From a virus: a stretch of DNA of 64,000 bases. Under the pieces are notes generated by a model. It searched no databases. It was not told where the DNA came from and saw only the letters and a list, made by a program, of their open reading frames with translations. This document shows positions 60,532-64,000 of the stretch, piece by piece. The stretch spans positions 17,248-81,247 of IMG/VR virus record IMGVR_UViG_3300025096_003663; one strand, written 5' to 3'. How positions within the stretch are numbered: the stretch's first letter is position 1; every line of letters starts with the position of its first letter. A program made the translations under genes and the position numbers.

Positions 60532-60741
60532 GTGACGACTGTGGTATGTGTAGCACGAAGAGATAATGATAGCGACGAAAGAATGATCAAGCGATTCATG
60601 AAGAAAATTAAAAAGTATGGCGTGATCACCGAGGTGCTAAATAGAAGATTTTTTGTTAAGCCCTCGACAAAGAAGAGATTGGCGAAGAAGAAGCTGAGAG
60701 CGGATTATCTAAAGAAACAAAAAAAAGAAGGCAATATTTAA
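60532..60741 (+). CDS. rpsU: Phage-encoded ribosomal protein bS21
   Basis: ERMIKRFMKKIKKYGVITEV..RRFFVKPS.KKR matches the bS21 consensus; the true start may be GTG 60541 (GAGGTG SD 6 nt upstream). Confidence 0.88.
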   Translation: MTTVVCVARRDNDSDERMIKRFMKKIKKYGVITEVLNRRFFVKPSTKKRLAKKKLRADYLKKQKKEGNI

Positions 60742-60762
60742 AAATAGTTTGGAGTTAATACT

Positions 60763-61152
60763 ATGAGCACAATGATATACAGAAACGGAATTGGAAATCA
60801 GGCAGCATACCAGGTCGCTGCAATCCCATTCATTACAGGTTCAACAACCTTAGCCCCAGGCATGGAACAGAAAATATCTTTTCCAGCGATTACTCGGTCT
60901 ATTACGGTAGTTAGTAAAGCAGCCGCCGACATCGATGTCCACTTCAACTCTTCGGCAGATGGTAATGTTACAGGAGGACTTCATTTTGTAACATTGGCGG
61001 CGAAAGACTCGGTAACATTCAATGTAAAATGTAAAGAGATATATATATCCAACAGCGATGCCACTACGGGCTCTTATCAACTGTTCGCCGAGATCACAAC
61101 GATTCAAAACTCAGAGATGTATATTCTTACAGGTTCTGGGCTGACTGATTAA
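60763..61152 (+). CDS. Small beta-rich hypothetical virion protein
   Basis: GGAG SD; beta-strand pattern. Confidence 0.7.
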   Translation: MSTMIYRNGIGNQAAYQVAAIPFITGSTTLAPGMEQKISFPAITRSITVVSKAAADIDVHFNSSADGNVTGGLHFVTLAAKDSVTFNVKCKEIYISNSDATTGSYQLFAEITTIQNSEMYILTGSGLTD

Positions 61153-61185
61153 AAAGAGGGCAACGAATGGGTAGCAAAAGCGACG

Positions 61186-61509
61186 ATGAGTTCCGATCAG
61201 ATTCCAGCGGGGCAGCATCGGCTCGGTTGGCAATATAACTGGGACTATGGTACTTCGACTTCCATAGAGTTCAGGGTATTGATAAATTCGGCTGTCGTTC
61301 AGGACGGAAAGATTTCGCAGCTTTCTGAAAAATTCGCTGCCGACAGCGGCACTGTCGATAGGACAAACCATAATTCTGGATTTTTTTCCTATTCCTATTT
61401 TGAAACTGATGCCTCTCACACTATCGAGCTACAGCTTAGAACCCCCGATTCACTTACAGGTGGCGGCAAATGTTGGAATGCTTCTTTGGAGTTTTGGCGA
61501 GTTCGATAG
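61186..61509 (+). CDS. Fibre C-terminal-like domain, possibly 5'-truncated
   Basis: IPAG..RLGW.Y.W ... SLEFWRV pattern; weak SD; same frame as the upstream gene. Confidence 0.45.
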   Translation: MSSDQIPAGQHRLGWQYNWDYGTSTSIEFRVLINSAVVQDGKISQLSEKFAADSGTVDRTNHNSGFFSYSYFETDASHTIELQLRTPDSLTGGGKCWNASLEFWRVR

Positions 61510-61922
61510 GACTGCCGAGAGAGCCTCTAAAAGCAGATCCGGATCTGGTCCAAAAAAAAGTTATTTTATTTATTTCGTTATAACTTCTGTATAGCAAACC
61601 CACTGTGCTCCTGTGGATTTTCGCTTTTCTGATATCTATTTACCTATGACGATACAGAATTGTATCCGGATTTAGATAGTAAGATTAGATAGACTTTTTA
61701 TACACACGTTCTTTCTGAGCTTCATTTTACACAAACATATTGCCTCTTTTATTGAAAAAGCAGAAGATTTTCTTCCTGGTTTTATTCGTAAAAAGCTTGA
61801 TTTGCTCGATCAAATGCCAATAAAAACAAATTGGATATGTGGAGATGTATGTCTTCACTGTAAAAACGCATAATCAATTTTTAGAATAGAATAACTTTAA
61901 AACAAAAAAAGGAGGAAATAAT

Positions 61923-64000
61923 ATGGCATGTGAATTATCAAGTTCATTTTCGAAAGAAAATAGACTTCAACCAAGCACACCGCTTTGGAACCACGGACCT
62001 ATACTCTGGAATGGACAATATGAACCGGCACATTCCCAGTTTGGAGGACACGACCATGGTGCTGCTACTAGGGTCGTTCCCTACAACAACGATGTATATA
62101 CATTTATCGGTATGCCAGGTTCTGCAAGGGATGGGGGAAGCCAAAATTCTGCTGAACACCAGGGTAGTGTATACATATACAGAAGTGGATCTTCTGGCTT
62201 CGATACGGAGATCATTATAGGTCCAGGCGGCAATGCCGCCCCACTTGGAGGTGCGACTCCATCAAACTACACTGGAATCAACTTAGGGGGCGAAGATTGG
62301 GATGACGCTCTTTTTGGTAAGAGTATCGATGCGATAAGCTCTTCTACAGGGCTTCACTTTGCTGTTGCTGCCCCAGGGCTGGAAAACCTAGCTGGGCGAA
62401 TTTTGCTGTTCCAAAGCTCTTCTAGCGGAATAGAAATGATTGACGATACCGGCAGACTGCTTACCGGCTCTCATGAGCAGCCCGGCGGCTGGACATACGG
62501 GCAGATGTCGCAGCTTTATTCCCAAGCGGGAACAATGAAGAGCCTTGGTGATTGGAGCCATTCATCTGCTATGAGCATGTATGGCTACGGTTCACCAAAT
62601 GACGGTGTATCTGTTGCTTTTGACGAGAATGAAGAAAATCTTTATATCTCTTTTTATGACTCGCTTCTTTCAGGACAATACAACGGGAACACACCACATG
62701 CTGGTGGTGTTCGACTTTACAAGAGCTCTAGTTTAGGTGGCATTGAACACCTCAAAGATCTTGTAGTATCTAGCCCAATTAGTCGAGAGCAAGTTGGTTC
62801 TGCTCACCAGATGATCGTTTCTGATGGAAAGGTATACATAGCCGCCAGTGGTTATGCTATTCCTAGAGATCCTGGGCAAGCATATTTGTTCACATACGAC
62901 ATCAATGAGGGAACTTACACAGAGGATATATACTATCCAGCCAGTTCATTTTCTGACCCAGACGGCGAAATATTCACCGAAAACTTCGGTACCGGCACAC
63001 CAGACATTGTTAGTGGATCTGATGGGATCTACATTCTTCAAGGGTCGGGCAAGCGTCACGACACAGACCCATACACCCCCTTGGATGGACTCGGAAGACT
63101 CTACCTCTTTAAGAGCAGTAGTCTGGGAGGAATAGAAGTACACTCAGTATTTACGGGCTCTAATGATGACAATGAATACGCATACAACTTCTTTGGAGGA
63201 CAAACTCAATTGATGAGTGGAACAAGCGGTTTTATTATCGTATCCTCAGAGTTGAGCGGAGCTTTGACTGGTCCAGATGAATGGTGGGGCAACGGAGTAG
63301 TAGATCCAGCAAGAATCTGGGTTTATGAAACAGGAAGCAACACCAACAACGCTTACTATATAAACGGAAACAATTCAACTGAAATCTCAAGCCTCAGCAC
63401 TGCCTATTATATGGGCAAAGTTTTAGATGCACGGATTAGTAATGATGGGGAAACCCTCTACTTGGCGGCATCAGACCCAGCATGGGATAATAACAAAGGG
63501 GCAACAATTTTATATGAGTGGGGGCTTTCGGGCTCTTGCTCTCAACAACAGGCAGGGGAACCTGCCGAAGGAAACACAATTATGACTACAAAAAAAGGAA
63601 TAGCTGTATTTGATTCCGCTGGAAACAAAGTACACAAATTTTTAGACGATGGTACCGCCATCGTTGGACAAAGCACTAAGCGAGTTGAGCTTAGCGGTTC
63701 TGTTTATTTAGATGATGATTCGGATAAGAATCTCAAAACACGACTAAGCGATGCTGCTGCTTTAGCTTCTGCTGATGTTGCTGCCGAAGAGGCTCGTGCT
63801 CTTGCTGCTGAGACGGTACTATCTGGTGCACTTCACACCGAGATTGGTCGTGCTGTAGCCGCTGAAGCTGCTGTTGCTTCTGATCTTTCAGATTACGAAG
63901 CAAGTAATGATGCTGCTCTAGCTGCCGAAGCTACTACTGCTCGTGCTGCTGAAGCTGCTAACGCTACTGCTATTAGCACCGAAACTGCTCGTGCTACTGC
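61923..64000 (+). CDS. FG-GAP propeller plus Ala-rich coiled-coil fibre protein (partial; absent from the ORF track)
   Basis: AGGAGG SD; starts MACELSSSFSK; FG/GAP-type blades; ends in E.ARA.AAE repeats; every segment I translated stays in one open frame to the window edge. Confidence 0.85.
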   Translation, partial: MACELSSSFSKENRLQPSTPLWNHGPILWNGQYEPAHSQFGGHDHGAATRVVPYNNDVYTFIGMPGSARDGGSQNSAEHQGSVYIYRSGSSGFDTEIIIGPGGNAAPLGGATPSNYTGINLGGEDWDDALFGKSIDAISSSTGLHFAVAAPGLENLAGRILLFQSSSSGIEMIDDTGRLLTGSHEQPGGWTYGQMSQLYSQAGTMKSLGDWSHSSAMSMYGYGSPNDGVSVAFDENEENLYISFYDSLLSGQYNGNTPHAGGVRLYKSSSLGGIEHLKDLVVSSPISREQVGSAHQMIVSDGKVYIAASGYAIPRDPGQAYLFTYDINEGTYTEDIYYPASSFSDPDGEIFTENFGTGTPDIVSGSDGIYILQGSGKRHDTDPYTPLDGLGRLYLFKSSSLGGIEVHSVFTGSNDDNEYAYNFFGGQTQLMSGTSGFIIVSSELSGALTGPDEWWGNGVVDPARIWVYETGSNTNNAYYINGNNSTEISSLSTAYYMGKVLDARISNDGETLYLAASDPAWDNNKGATILYEWGLSGSCSQQQAGEPAEGNTIMTTKKGIAVFDSAGNKVHKFLDDGTAIVGQSTKRVELSGSVYLDDDSDKNLKTRLSDAAALASADVAAEEARALAAETVLSGALHTEIGRAVAAEAAVASDLSDYEASNDAALAAEATTARAAEAANATAISTETARAT

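Noticed and set aside
61930-63143. Four short ORFs listed at the right end
   Set aside because: They overlap the long frame from 61923, which the track omits because it has no stop in the window
1-64000. Stop-codon reassignment, suggested by several same-frame neighbouring ORFs
   Set aside because: TAA, TAG and TGA all end full-length conserved genes and ORFs are long in code 11; same-frame neighbours are expected about one time in three

Overview
This is a 64 kb segment of a large, probably aquatic, myovirus with T4-like head and baseplate genes. Coding is dense and almost all on the + strand, in the standard genetic code, with Shine-Dalgarno-led genes. Order: (1) 0-7.1 kb, nucleotide-sugar and glycan-modification island (GT-like, N-formyltransferase, methyltransferases, DegT aminotransferase, fcl, gmd, cupin PMI). 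(2) gp55-like late sigma factor. (3) 8.8-46.2 kb, baseplate/virion module (three-gene gp5-like unit with an M15 peptidase, gp25, gp6, and several giant proteins carrying inserted LamG, FG-GAP propeller, reelin-like, LysM-like and Fn3 domains). (4) RuvC, primase and a single-ORF Mre11-Rad50 (gp47-gp46) fusion. (5) Holin/spanin-like cassette and an Hc1 histone-like protein. (6) Terminase, portal, prohead protease, a J-domain protein and ribosomal protein bS21. (7) An FG-GAP/coiled-coil fibre gene running off the right edge. The best candidate for an undescribed system is a phage-encoded virion glycosylation set-up: a sugar pathway plus a striking [ST]-[GAS]-[ST] motif load on a subset of virion proteins, together with plug-in adhesin domains. 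All calls are from motif recognition by eye; no searches were run.
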